From an uncultured Actinomycetes bacterium (lineage in GTDB: Bacteria > Actinomycetota > Actinomycetes > S36-B12 > CAIYMF01), in contig CAWJMG010000001.1 of assembly GCA_963843975.1 (NCBI GenBank), forward strand, positions 720,001-752,000: DNA of 32,000 bases. Reading direction: 5' to 3'. The notes beneath the pieces were generated by a model. The model was not told the origin of the DNA and ran no database searches. It saw only the letters and a list, made by a program, of their open reading frames with translations. Positions 1 to 9,394 of this stretch are shown here, piece after piece. Made by a program: the position numbers and the translations under genes. How positions within the stretch are numbered: the stretch's first letter is position 1; every line of letters begins with the position of its first letter.

Positions 1-1365
1 GACACGAGCGACGTCGTCGGCAGTTACACCCTCGCCAGTGGCGACCAGGCGCGGACGGCGTTCGTAGCGGCACGTGCGGCCGCACCGGGATGGGCCGATG
101 CCTCTCCGCTGCTGCGGTTCGAGGTCCTCGACAACGCCGGCAGCGAGATCATCCGCCGCAAGGACGAGCTCGGCGACCTGCTCGCGCGCGAGGAGGGCAA
201 GACCCTGCCCGAGGCGGTCGGCGAGGTCGTGCGCGCCGCCCACATCCTGAAGTTCCACGCCGGTCAGGCGCTGCGGCCCGCCGGGCAGCTGCTCGACTCG
301 ATCCGCCCGGGTCTCGAGGTCGCCGTCACCCGCGAGCCCGTCGGCGTCGTCTCGATCATCACGCCCTGGAACTTCCCCATCGCCATCCCCGCATGGAAGA
401 TCGCGCCCGCCCTCGCCTACGGCAACGCCGTGGTCTTCAAGCCCGCCGAGCTCGTGCCCGGCAGCGCCTGGGAGCTCGTGCGGATCCTGCACGAGGCAGG
501 CCTGCCCGACGGCGTCCTCAACCTCGTGATGGGTCGCGGCCGCGACATCGGCGACATCCTCACCAGCAGCGCCGACGCCGTCTCCTTCACCGGCTCGGTG
601 CAGACCGGCGAACGCGTTCTCGCCTCCGCACAGGGCTCACGCGCTCGCGTCCAGCTGGAGATGGGCGGCAAGAACCCGCTCGTCGTCCTCGACGACGCCG
701 ACCTCGGCATCGCGGTCGACTGCGCGCTGCAGGGTGCCTACGGGTCGACCGGTCAGCGCTGCACGGCGTCGTCGCGCTTCGTCGTCACCGCCGGCGTCCA
801 CGACCAGTTCGTCGACCGGCTCACCGAGCGCATGCTCGCTCTGCAGGTCGGCGACGCCCGAGCGGCCGGCACGCAGATGGGTCCCGTCGTCGATGCCTCC
901 CAGCTCGCGCAGGACGAGAAGTACGTCGACATCGCGCGCGGCGAATCGGGCACCGTGATCGGCGGGCGCCGCCTCGAGCGCGGCACCGACGGGTTCTACC
1001 TCGAGCCCGCCCTCGTCGTCGACACGAGTCCGGAGGACACGATCAACCGCGACGAGGTCTTCGGCCCCGTCGCCTCGGTCGTGAAGGTCGCGTCGTACGA
1101 CGAGGCCCTCGCCGTCGCCAACGGCACCGAGTTCGGCCTCACCTCCGGGATCGTCACCACGTCGCTCGCAGCGGCCACCGACTTCCGACGCCGCTCCACC
1201 GCGGGCATGGTCATGGTCAACGTGCCCACGGCGGGCGTCGACTTCCACGTGCCCTTCGGCGGGCGTCAGGCCTCGTCGTACGGCCCGCGCGAGCAGGGCG
1301 AGCAGGCCCGCGAGTTCTTCACCACCGTGAAGACGTCGTACATCGCCGCCGGCCGACCCAGCTGA
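1..1365 (+). CDS. Aldehyde dehydrogenase family protein (5' end cut by window edge)
   Basis: Frame 1 is open from nt 1 (DTSDVVGSYTLASGDQ...), upstream of the listed Met at 229. It has ALDH motifs FTGS, LEMGGKNP (catalytic Glu) and GQRCTASS (catalytic Cys), and a TGA at 1363-1365. Confidence 0.9.
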   Translation, partial: DTSDVVGSYTLASGDQARTAFVAARAAAPGWADASPLLRFEVLDNAGSEIIRRKDELGDLLAREEGKTLPEAVGEVVRAAHILKFHAGQALRPAGQLLDSIRPGLEVAVTREPVGVVSIITPWNFPIAIPAWKIAPALAYGNAVVFKPAELVPGSAWELVRILHEAGLPDGVLNLVMGRGRDIGDILTSSADAVSFTGSVQTGERVLASAQGSRARVQLEMGGKNPLVVLDDADLGIAVDCALQGAYGSTGQRCTASSRFVVTAGVHDQFVDRLTERMLALQVGDARAAGTQMGPVVDASQLAQDEKYVDIARGESGTVIGGRRLERGTDGFYLEPALVVDTSPEDTINRDEVFGPVASVVKVASYDEALAVANGTEFGLTSGIVTTSLAAATDFRRRSTAGMVMVNVPTAGVDFHVPFGGRQASSYGPREQGEQAREFFTTVKTSYIAAGRPS

Positions 1366-1419
1366 TACGACCGGTCGCACGCCGGTTTCGGCGCGCGGGA
1401 TCCGTGGTTTGGCACTTTC

Positions 1420-1719
1420 ATGGTCGGCATGGTTCTTCTCGCCGCGCTCGGGCTCACGATGGTCGGCCTGCTGGGTGTGCTCATGGTGGCCATGACCCGG
1501 CACCTGCTCGCGCACCCCGACGACGCCGTGCACACGCACGGGGCGGGTTCGTGGAGCGACGGCCTCCCGGCAGAGCGCGCCGGCACCGCCGTGCCCGACT
1601 CCCCTGCCTCGCTCATGGCCGCGAGCGCGCCGTCGCGCTCGGGCTTCGACGTGCCGTTGGACGACATGCCCGCCGAGGTCGTCGCCGAGGCCGCGCGCCG
1701 GGCGCGCGAGGGCAGCTGA
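1420..1719 (+). CDS. Hypothetical small membrane protein (99 aa)
   Basis: The N-terminal hydrophobic stretch MVGMVLLAALGLTMVGLLGVLMVAM suggests one TM helix. The third codon position is strongly G/C as in neighbouring genes. No clear SD and no recognisable family. Confidence 0.4.
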   Translation: MVGMVLLAALGLTMVGLLGVLMVAMTRHLLAHPDDAVHTHGAGSWSDGLPAERAGTAVPDSPASLMAASAPSRSGFDVPLDDMPAEVVAEAARRAREGS

Positions 1720-1734
1720 CAGCTGCTCTCGCGA

Positions 1735-1974
1735 TCAACCGGCGCGGAGGTGCTCCAGCGCCTCGGCGGCAACGGCGTCGAGGCCCTCGCCGCCGGCGTC
1801 CATCCACTCGGTGAGGTGCAGGCGCATCGACGGCGCCCAGAAGTCGCGCAGGTGGCTCTCGACCATCGCGACCGCCGCATCGTGCGGCTTGTGGTGGGCG
1901 TTGCTGGCGATCTGGTTGGCCATCCGCAGCAGGCTGGCAACCTGGACCGGGTCCGCGTGCACGCCCTCGCTCAC
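1735..1974 (-). CDS. fdsD: Formate dehydrogenase delta subunit (FdsD family)
   Basis: 79 aa with the FdsD-type core LLRMANQIA...HLRDFWAPSMR. The GTG start overlaps the fdsA TGA (GTGA). It is the last gene of the fds operon. Confidence 0.8.
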   Translation of the reverse strand: MSEGVHADPVQVASLLRMANQIASNAHHKPHDAAVAMVESHLRDFWAPSMRLHLTEWMDAGGEGLDAVAAEALEHLRAG

Positions 1975-4787
1975 GACCTGCCTGCCACGGACCGGTGCTC
2001 GGCGTGCATCTCGTCGTCGGTCACGGGCGTGCGCGAGGTCGGCGCGAGCTCGACCGCCGTCACCTTGTACTCCGGGCAGTTGGTCGCCCAGTCGCTGTAC
2101 TCGGTCGTGACGACGTTCGCGCCGCTGCCCGGGAAGTGGAACGTCGTGTAGACCACGCCCTGCGGCACACGATCGGTGACCTTGGCACGCAGAACGGTCT
2201 CGCCGACGCGGCTCGTGATCGTGACGGCCTGCCCGGTCGCGATGCCCCGGGTCTCGGCGTCGTGCGGATGCACCTCGACGACGTCCTCGCTGTGCCAGCG
2301 GACGTTCTCGGTGCGCCGGGTCTGCGCGCCGACGTTGTACTGCGACAGGATCCGGCCCGTCGTGAGGATGAGCGGGAACTTGCGGTTGGTGCGCTCGTCG
2401 GTCGGCACGTACGGCGTCTCGACGAAGTGACCCTTGCCGCGCACGAAGCCGTCGACGTGCATGATCGGCGTCCCGTGCGGAGCGGCGTCGTTGCACGGCC
2501 ACTGCACGCTGCCCTCGGCGTCGAGCCGGTCGAACGAGACACCCGCGAAAGTCGGCGTGGTGGCTGCGATCTCGTCCATGATCTCGGCCGACGCCGCGTA
2601 CGACATCGGGTAGCCCATGGCTGTCGCGAGCTCGCAGGCGACCTCCCACTCCTGCTTGCCGGAGGCTGCCGCCATGACCGGGCGCACCCGGTTGATGCGG
2701 CGCTCGGCGTTGGTGAAGGTGCCGTCCTTCTCGAGGAACGACGTGCCCGGCAGGAACACGTGGGCGAACTTCGCGGTCTCGTTGAGGAAGAGGTCCTGCA
2801 CCACCAGCAGCTCGAGCGACCCGAGCGCAGCCTTCACGTGCTGGACGTTCGGGTCGCTCTGGGCGATGTCCTCGCCCTGGATGAACATGCCGAGGTAGCG
2901 GCCGGCAATAGCGGCGTCGAGCATGTTGGGGATGCGCAGGCCCGGCTCGGGGTCGATCGCACGCCCCCACACGGCCTCGAAGATGCCGCGCACGGCCGGG
3001 TCGCTCACGTGCCGGTAGCCGGGGAGCTCGTGCGGGAACGAGCCCATGTCGCACGACCCCTGCACGTTGTTCTGGCCGCGCAGCGGGTTCACGCCCACCC
3101 CGGTGCGACCGATGTTGCCGGTGGCCATGGCGAGGTTGGCCATGCCCATCACCATCGTCGAGCCCTGGCTGTGCTCGGTGACGCCGAGGCCGTAGTAGAT
3201 CGCGGCGTTGCCGCCGGTCGCGAAGAGCCGTGCCGCCGCGCGCACGTCGGCAGCGGGCACCCCGGTGACGGCCTCGAGTGCCTCGGGGCTGTTCTCGGGC
3301 TGCGCGATGAACGCCTCCCACTGCGCGAACGAGTCGTCCTCGCAGCGCTCGGCGACGAACTCGCGGTCGACCAGCCCCTCGGTGACGACCACGTGGGCGA
3401 GCGCGTTCACGATCGCGACGTTGGTGCCCGGCTGCAGCTGCAGGTGGTACGCCGCCTCCACGTGCGGCGACCGCACGAGGTCGATGCGCCGCGGGTCGAT
3501 CACGATCAGCTTCGCCCCCGCGCGCAGCCGCTTCTTCATCCGCGACGCGAACACCGGGTGCCCGTCGGTCGGGTTGGCGCCGATCACGACGATCACGTCG
3601 GAGTGCGCGACCGACTCGAAGTCCTGCGTGCCCGCCGACGTTCCGAATGTCTGCTTGAGGCCGTAGCCCGTCGGCGAGTGGCAGACGCGCGCGCAAGTGT
3701 CGACGTTGTTGTTGCCGAACGCCGCCCGGATCATCTTCTGGACGACGTACACCTCCTCGTTGGTGCAGCGCGACGACGTGATGCCGCCGATCGCGCCGAC
3801 CCCGTGGTCGCGCTGGATCGCGAGGAACCGCTCGGCGGCGTACGCGATCGCCTCCTCCCACGCCACGACGCGCCACTCGTCGTCGATGGAATCGCGGACC
3901 ATCGGCTCGAGCTGGCGGTCGCGGTGCGTGGCGTAGCCCCAGGCGAAGCGGCCCTTCACGCAGCTGTGGCCGGCGTTGGCGCCGCCGTCCTTGTCGGGCA
4001 CCATCCGCACGAGCTTGTCGCCGCGCAGCTCGGCGACGAACGAGCAGCCGACACCGCAGTAGGCGCAGGTGGTCTTGACGCTGCGCGTCGGCGTGCCGAG
4101 CTCGATGACGGTCTTCTCCTGCAGCGTCGACGTCGGGCACGCCTGCACGCACGCGCCGCACGACACGCACTCGCTCGACATGAAGGGCTCGGCCGCGCTC
4201 GCCGACACCTTCGACGCGAAGCCGCGACCGTCGATCGTCAGCGCGAAGGTGCCCTGCGTCTCGCCGCACGCGCGCACGCAGCGCGAGCAGGCGATGCACT
4301 TGCTCGCGTCGAAGGAGAAGTACGGGTTGGAGTCGTCGGTCTGCGCGTCGAGGTGGTTGGCGCCGTCCATGCCGTAGCGGACCTCGCGAAGACCGACGAC
4401 GCCGGCCATGTCCTGCAGCTCGCAGTCGCCGTTCGCCGGGCAGGTGAGGCAGTCGAGCGGGTGGTCGGAGATGTAGAGCTCCATGACGCCGCGGCGCAGC
4501 TTCTCCACCCGTGGTGTCTGGGTCTGCACCCGCATGCCCGGCGTGCACGGCGTGGTGCAGGAGGCCGGAGTGCCGGGACGACCCTCGACCTCGACGAGGC
4601 AGAGGCGGCACGAGCCGAACGCGTCGAGTGAGTCGGTGGCGCACAGCTTGGGGATCGCGACGCCCGCCTCGGCGGCCGCGCGCATGACCGACGTGCCGGG
4701 CGCGACGAAGACCGGGATGCCGTCCACGACGACGTCCACCGTGCGCTCGCCGGGGATCGCCGGGGTGCCGAGGTCGACGATGCTCAT
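1971..4787 (-). CDS. fdsA: NAD-dependent formate dehydrogenase alpha subunit (Mo-bis-MGD, Fe-S)
   Basis: The start MSIVDLG at 4787 is preceded by GGAGG and is in frame with the stop at 1971 (938 aa). It has an N-terminal 2Fe-2S/4Fe-4S Cys cluster (CATDSLDAFGSCRLC, CIACSRCVRAC, CVSCGACVQACP). The molybdopterin domain has the active-site CARVCHSPT, a Cys rather than Sec. The longer 1297-aa listed ORF is an in-frame upstream extension across fdsB. Confidence 0.95.
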   Translation of the reverse strand: MSIVDLGTPAIPGERTVDVVVDGIPVFVAPGTSVMRAAAEAGVAIPKLCATDSLDAFGSCRLCLVEVEGRPGTPASCTTPCTPGMRVQTQTPRVEKLRRGVMELYISDHPLDCLTCPANGDCELQDMAGVVGLREVRYGMDGANHLDAQTDDSNPYFSFDASKCIACSRCVRACGETQGTFALTIDGRGFASKVSASAAEPFMSSECVSCGACVQACPTSTLQEKTVIELGTPTRSVKTTCAYCGVGCSFVAELRGDKLVRMVPDKDGGANAGHSCVKGRFAWGYATHRDRQLEPMVRDSIDDEWRVVAWEEAIAYAAERFLAIQRDHGVGAIGGITSSRCTNEEVYVVQKMIRAAFGNNNVDTCARVCHSPTGYGLKQTFGTSAGTQDFESVAHSDVIVVIGANPTDGHPVFASRMKKRLRAGAKLIVIDPRRIDLVRSPHVEAAYHLQLQPGTNVAIVNALAHVVVTEGLVDREFVAERCEDDSFAQWEAFIAQPENSPEALEAVTGVPAADVRAAARLFATGGNAAIYYGLGVTEHSQGSTMVMGMANLAMATGNIGRTGVGVNPLRGQNNVQGSCDMGSFPHELPGYRHVSDPAVRGIFEAVWGRAIDPEPGLRIPNMLDAAIAGRYLGMFIQGEDIAQSDPNVQHVKAALGSLELLVVQDLFLNETAKFAHVFLPGTSFLEKDGTFTNAERRINRVRPVMAAASGKQEWEVACELATAMGYPMSYAASAEIMDEIAATTPTFAGVSFDRLDAEGSVQWPCNDAAPHGTPIMHVDGFVRGKGHFVETPYVPTDERTNRKFPLILTTGRILSQYNVGAQTRRTENVRWHSEDVVEVHPHDAETRGIATGQAVTITSRVGETVLRAKVTDRVPQGVVYTTFHFPGSGANVVTTEYSDWATNCPEYKVTAVELAPTSRTPVTDDEMHAEHRSVAGRS

Positions 4788-6352
4788 CGCGCTGCCTCCG
4801 TCGCGTCGACGGGCTCGAGGCCGAGCTCGTCGGGGAAGTGCCGGATCACGCTGCGCACCGGGTTGGGCGTGAGCCCGCCCATCGCGCAGAGCGAGCCGTC
4901 GGTCATGAGCTCGCAGAGGTCTTCCAGCACGGCGAGCTCGTCGCGCCGCGACTCGGGCGGGCCGACGAGGATCCGGTCGATCACCTCGACGCCGCGCACC
5001 GCACCGACACGGCACGGCGTGCACTTGCCGCACGACTCCTCGGCGCAGAACTCCATCGCGAACCGTGCCTGCTGCCCCATGTCGGCGGTGTCGTCGAACA
5101 CCACGACCCCGCCGTGGCCGAGCATCGCGCCGGTGGCGGCGAGCTCCTCGTAGCCCAGGGCAACGTCGAGGCCGGACGACGGGACGTAGGCGCCGAGCGG
5201 TCCGCCCACCTGCACGGCCTTGATCGGACGTCGGGATGCGGTGCCGCCGCCGTACCCCTGCACGAGGTCCGCCAGCGTGAGGCCGAACGCCGTCTCCACG
5301 ATGCCGCCCCGGGCGACGTTGCCGGCGAGCTGGAAGACCTGGGTGCCGCGCGAGCGCCCGATGCCGAGCGCTGCATAGGCGTCGGCGCCCTGGGCGAGCA
5401 CCATCGGGACGGTCGCGAGCGTGAGCACGTTGTTGATCACGGTCGGCCCGCCGAACAGGCCGGAGAGCGCAGGCAGGGGCGGCTTGGCGCGGACCATCCC
5501 GCGCTTGCCCTCGATGCTGTCGAGCATCGCGGTCTCCTCGCCGCAGATGTATGCACCGGCGCCGACCCGCACCTGCAGGTCGAAGGAGAACCTGCTGCCG
5601 AGCACGTCGGCACCGAGCCAGCCGGCAGCGTTCGCGGCCTCGATCGCACGACGCATCACGCGCACGGCGTCGGGGTACTCGGACCGGATGTAGACGATGC
5701 CCTCGCCGGCACCGACGGCGTACGCCGCGATCGTCATCCCCTCGATCAGGGTGAAGGGGTCCCCCTCCATGAGCATCCGGTCGGCGAAGGTGCCGCTGTC
5801 GCCCTCGTCGGCGTTGGCGACGACGAACTTCACCGACGACGCCGCGTCCGCGACGGTCGTCCACTTGATGCCGGCGGGGAAGCCCGCCCCGCCGCGCCCA
5901 CGCAGGCCGCTCGCGGTCACTGCGGCGACGACGTCGGACGGCGGCATGGCGAGCGCCGCGCGCAGCCCGGCGAGCCCGCCGTGCGCCTCGTAGTCGGCCG
6001 TGGACAGCGGGTCGACGACCCCGACGCGCGCGAACGTCACGCGCTGCTGGCTCGAGAGCCAGTCGATGGAGTCGGTACGGCCGTGGCCGAGAGCGTGGTC
6101 GACGCCGTCGAGCATCCCGGCGTCGAGCAGTCCTGCCACGTCACCGGCAGTCACAGGCCCGTAGGCGATCCGGCCCGACGGCGTGGCCACCTCGACGAGG
6201 GGCTCGAGCCAGTGCAGACCGCGCGAGCCGTTGCGCACGATGCGCAGGTCGAGGCCGCGCAGCGCCGCCTCGGACTCGAGCGCCACCGCCACCGCGTCGG
6301 CGCCCACCGCTCGTGCAGCGGAGTCGCCGGGGACGTAGACGGTCGTCGTCAC
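4784..6352 (-). CDS. fdsB: Formate dehydrogenase beta subunit (NuoF-like, FMN/NAD-binding, 4Fe-4S)
   Basis: GTG start ([10 protein letters not shown]) at 6352, in frame with the stop at 4784 (522 aa). NuoF motifs are GLRGRGGAGFPAG, ANADEGDSGTF and ESCGKCTPCR. There is an ATGA overlap with fdsA and a GTGA overlap with fdsG. Confidence 0.9.
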   Translation of the reverse strand: MTTTVYVPGDSAARAVGADAVAVALESEAALRGLDLRIVRNGSRGLHWLEPLVEVATPSGRIAYGPVTAGDVAGLLDAGMLDGVDHALGHGRTDSIDWLSSQQRVTFARVGVVDPLSTADYEAHGGLAGLRAALAMPPSDVVAAVTASGLRGRGGAGFPAGIKWTTVADAASSVKFVVANADEGDSGTFADRMLMEGDPFTLIEGMTIAAYAVGAGEGIVYIRSEYPDAVRVMRRAIEAANAAGWLGADVLGSRFSFDLQVRVGAGAYICGEETAMLDSIEGKRGMVRAKPPLPALSGLFGGPTVINNVLTLATVPMVLAQGADAYAALGIGRSRGTQVFQLAGNVARGGIVETAFGLTLADLVQGYGGGTASRRPIKAVQVGGPLGAYVPSSGLDVALGYEELAATGAMLGHGGVVVFDDTADMGQQARFAMEFCAEESCGKCTPCRVGAVRGVEVIDRILVGPPESRRDELAVLEDLCELMTDGSLCAMGGLTPNPVRSVIRHFPDELGLEPVDATEAAR

Positions 6353-6807
6353 GACGACACCAGCCCGTCGAACGCCGACGCGTCGACCCGGCCGACGCCG
6401 TGGCCGTCGACCAGCACGGCCGGCGCCACCGAGCAGAGGCCGAGGCAGAACACCTGGTCGAGCGTGACGGCGCCGTCCGGCGTCGTGCTGCCGAACGCGA
6501 CGCCGAGCGAGCCGGTGGCGTGGTCGGCGAGGGCGCGGCCGCCGCTGGACTGGCACGCCTCGCCGCGGCACACGGCCACGGTGCGGCGCCCGGGCGGAGT
6601 CGTGCGGAAGTCGGTGTAGAAGGTGATCACGCCGTGGACGTCGGCGCGCGACAGGTTGAGCGCCTTGGCGACCAGCGGGACGGCGTCGGGGTCGACGTAC
6701 CCGAACTCCTCCTGCAGGGCGTGCAGCACGGGCAGGAGCGGCCCGCGGACGCCGGAGTGCTCGGCGATCACGCGTGCGGCGGCCTCGGCCGACCACTGCG
6801 TCGTCAT
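6349..6807 (-). CDS. fdsG: Formate dehydrogenase gamma subunit (NuoE-like 2Fe-2S)
   Basis: The start MTTQWS at 6807 is preceded by GGAGGGG (152 aa). NuoE-type Cys pattern: VCRGEAC...[10 protein letters not shown]. Confidence 0.85.
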   Translation of the reverse strand: MTTQWSAEAAARVIAEHSGVRGPLLPVLHALQEEFGYVDPDAVPLVAKALNLSRADVHGVITFYTDFRTTPPGRRTVAVCRGEACQSSGGRALADHATGSLGVAFGSTTPDGAVTLDQVFCLGLCSVAPAVLVDGHGVGRVDASAFDGLVSS

Positions 6808-7018
6808 CGCTCGCCCCTCCAGCACCGGCCGCCGTGACCGGAGAGCCTCATCCTCCGGCGCGGGAACCCCTCGGGCAAGGATCCCGGGGCCCGTCCCCGC
6901 ACGCGCCGGATCAACGCTGCGACAACCGGCGCCCTGCCGCGCTGCGGGCGGTACAGCCCCATCGCATAATCGGGAGCCTGACGCCGTTCCGGCGCTGGCA
7001 CCTCTGGGAGGACCTCGC

Positions 7019-8023
7019 ATGGCGCTTCGGCTCGGTTACAAGGCATCGGCGGAGCAGTTCGGCCCCCGCGACCTCGTGGAGTACGCCGTCCTGGCCGAGC
7101 AGGTGGGCCTGGACAGCGTCGTGACCTCCGACCACTTCCTCCCATGGCGCGAGAACGGCGGCCACGCGCCGTTCGCACTCGCCTGGATGGCCGCGGTGGG
7201 CGAGCGCACCGAGCGCGTCCTGATCGGCACGAGCGTGCTCACGCCGACCTTCCGCTACAACCCGGCGGTCATCGCCCAGGCGTTCGCCACGATGGCACTG
7301 CTGGCCCCCGGCCGGATCATGCTCGGCGTCGGCACCGGCGAGGCGCTCAACGAGATCGCCGTGTCCGGGCGCGAGTGGCCGGAGTTCAAGGAGCGGGCCG
7401 CGCGCCTGCGCGAGGCCATCGACCTCATGCGCCAGCTGTGGACCGAGGCGCACGTCGACTTCACGGGCGAGCACTACACGACCGTCGGCGCCAAGATCTA
7501 CGACAAGCCCGAGACCGCTGTCCCCATCTACATCGCCGCCGGTGGCCCACAGATGGCGAAGTACGTCGGGCGCGCAGGCGACGGCTTCATCTGCACCTCG
7601 GGCAAGGGCATGGAGCTCTACACCGACCAGCTCATGCCCGCACTCGCCGAGGGCGCGGCGTCCGTCGGCCGCACCGTCGAGGACATCGACCGGATGATCG
7701 AGATCAAGATCTCGTACGACCGGGATGCGTCGGCCGCACTCGAGAACACGCGGTTCTGGGCCCCGCTGTCGCTCAGCGCCGAGCAGAAGCACAGCGTCAC
7801 GTCGGCCGAGGAGATGGAGCGGCTCGCCGACGAGCTGCCGATCGAGCAGGTGGCCAAGCGCTGGATCGTGAGCAACGACCCCGACGACGCCGTGGCCCAG
7901 ATCAAGCCGTACCTCGACGCGGGCCTCAACCACCTGGTCTTCCACGGCCCCGGTCACGACCAGGCGCGCTTCCTGGCGCAGATGGCCGAGGACGTCATCC
8001 CCCGCCTGCGCGAGCTCGGCTGA
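7019..8023 (+). CDS. fgd: F420-dependent glucose-6-phosphate dehydrogenase
   Basis: 334 aa, near-colinear with mycobacterial Fgd1 as I recall it ([78 protein letters not shown]). GGGAGGA sits upstream of the ATG at 7019. Confidence 0.93.
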   Translation: MALRLGYKASAEQFGPRDLVEYAVLAEQVGLDSVVTSDHFLPWRENGGHAPFALAWMAAVGERTERVLIGTSVLTPTFRYNPAVIAQAFATMALLAPGRIMLGVGTGEALNEIAVSGREWPEFKERAARLREAIDLMRQLWTEAHVDFTGEHYTTVGAKIYDKPETAVPIYIAAGGPQMAKYVGRAGDGFICTSGKGMELYTDQLMPALAEGAASVGRTVEDIDRMIEIKISYDRDASAALENTRFWAPLSLSAEQKHSVTSAEEMERLADELPIEQVAKRWIVSNDPDDAVAQIKPYLDAGLNHLVFHGPGHDQARFLAQMAEDVIPRLRELG

Positions 8024-8037
8024 GCCGACCGCACCGC

Positions 8038-8529
8038 TCAGGCGACGGGCAGCGTCCCGCCCGGCAGCGTGCTGAAGTGCACGGGGGCGCCGTCGCCGGA
8101 GGAGATGCGCACCACGATCGGGTGCCCCTCCCACGACAGGCACACGCGATGGAGGGACTCGGTGTCGGCGTCGGACTCCTGAGGGGCCTCGACGCGCGGC
8201 AGGGAGAGCAGCGTCTGACCGTCGATGCAGCTCTTGACCGAGCCGCCCAGGATGTTGGCGAGCTCGCCCAGCGCGTCCTGCAGGTCGGGAAGTGCGACGT
8301 CGGCGATGGGCAGGTCGAGCATCTGGCCGGCGATGGCCGCGGCACCGTCCACGCTGGTCTCGACCTGGACGCAGCCGAACCAGCCGCCGAGCAGCTCGAC
8401 GTGGCCGCAGATGGTGAAGTGCGGGAACTCGACCTCGTCGATCTCGTGCGGTGCGGGCGAGATCAGGGATGCCCACATGTCGTCGGTCATGGAGCGCAGC
8501 TCGTCGCGCTCGAGCATGAGGGTCGTCAT
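8038..8529 (-). CDS. CheX/CheC-like phosphatase-domain protein (orphan)
   Basis: 163 aa from MTTLML (ATG 8529, GGAGG upstream). The central motif LQDALGELANILGGSVK resembles the CheX E-x2-N-x3-G helix. No other chemotaxis genes are in the window. Confidence 0.55.
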   Translation of the reverse strand: MTTLMLERDELRSMTDDMWASLISPAPHEIDEVEFPHFTICGHVELLGGWFGCVQVETSVDGAAAIAGQMLDLPIADVALPDLQDALGELANILGGSVKSCIDGQTLLSLPRVEAPQESDADTESLHRVCLSWEGHPIVVRISSGDGAPVHFSTLPGGTLPVA

Positions 8530-8797
8530 CAGGCGTACCTCCGTGTACGGGACAGGTTCCAGGGGCGGTGGACCGCTCCTGCTCGTCCTCATCGGGAGGG
8601 GTAGGGCGGACCTGAGCGGAACTGCACGCGGTTGCAGCGCCTGACCGGTCCTCCCACGCCCTCCGGCCGACGCATGCTGGAGCGATCGTTCCAGGGAAGC
8701 CGTGTCGGCCACACCCTCGGAGGGCACCCGCCGTAGCCTCACGAGGACGGCCCGGATGACCGGTCGTCCGCGCCGAGCACGCATGAAGGAGGCTCCC

Positions 8798-9394
8798 GTG
8801 GCCGCACCCACCCGCCGCCCGGCCCAGGACCTGGCGCTGATCGCCGTGTTCGCCGGCGTCATCGCCGCCCTCGGGCTCGTGCCCGCCGTCTTCGTGCCCG
8901 GCTTCCCGGCCCCCATCACTCTGCAGTCGATGGGCGTGGTGCTCGCCGGTGCGGTCCTCGGATCGCGCCGCGGCTTCCTGGCGGTGCTGCTGTTCCTGGC
9001 ACTCGTCGCGCTGGGGCTCCCGCTGCTGTCCGGCGGACGCGGCGGCCTGGCCGTGTTCACCACGCCGTACGCCGGGTTCCTGTGGGCCTTCCCGTTCGCG
9101 GCGCTCGTCGTCGGCCTGCTCACCGAGCGCCGGGGTGCGCCGTACCAGCTCCGCTACGGCATCCCGTTCAACGTCGTGGGCTCGCTCGTGCTCTACCTCG
9201 GCGGCTGGATCAGCCTCATGACCCTGGGCGGCAACACACCCGTCGCCGCCCTCGCACTGCTCGTCATCTACATCCCCGGCGACGCCGTGAAGATGGTGCT
9301 CGCCGCACTCGTGGCACGCGGCGTGCACGCGGCGCTGCCGGACCTGCTCCCGGCGCGCAGGAGCAGCGATGAGCCCGTCGACGTCCCAGCCTGA
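8798..9394 (+). CDS. bioY: BioY-family ECF transporter substrate-binding (S) component
   Basis: BioY hallmarks PITLQSMGVVLAGAVLGSRRG and YIPGDAVKMVLAA in a multi-TM protein. The GTG at 8798 lies about 5 nt after GAAGGAGG. An ATG at 8783 or the listed 8702 are alternative starts. Confidence 0.8.
   Translation: MAAPTRRPAQDLALIAVFAGVIAALGLVPAVFVPGFPAPITLQSMGVVLAGAVLGSRRGFLAVLLFLALVALGLPLLSGGRGGLAVFTTPYAGFLWAFPFAALVVGLLTERRGAPYQLRYGIPFNVVGSLVLYLGGWISLMTLGGNTPVAALALLVIYIPGDAVKMVLAALVARGVHAALPDLLPARRSSDEPVDVPA

Noticed and set aside
1995-4631. Very long ORFs antisense or out of frame to recognised genes. Examples: 1995..4631 + (878 aa), 1735..4644 - (969 aa), 90..1814 + (574 aa), 6911..9823 - (970 aa), 14534..16144 + (536 aa), 24539..26695 - (718 aa) and 25246..27135 + (629 aa).
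   Set aside because: Their translations are monotonous Arg/Ala/Gly/Pro/His-rich strings with no recognisable domains. They overlap genes with clear family motifs. Stop-codon scarcity in very GC-rich DNA produces such shadow ORFs.
4788-5864. N-terminal 359-aa extension of the fdsA ORF (listed as 1971..5864, 1297 aa)
   Set aside because: The extension is Arg/Gly-rich nonsense lying over the well-supported fdsB frame. MSIVDLG at 4787 has a GGAGG SD and matches the normal start of FdsA-type alpha subunits.
8038-8529. CheX-like gene as evidence of a chemotaxis system
   Set aside because: No cheA/W/Y, MCP or flagellar genes are in the window. Orphan CheX-domain proteins are common in non-motile actinobacteria, so it is treated as a stand-alone domain protein.
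8600-8660. Possible BioQ/BirA operator (GGAACTGCACGCGGTTGCAG) upstream of bioY
   Set aside because: It does not fit the TGAAC-N3-GTTCA BioQ palindrome as I recall it (the half-site spacing is wrong), and I cannot verify a BirA box by eye.
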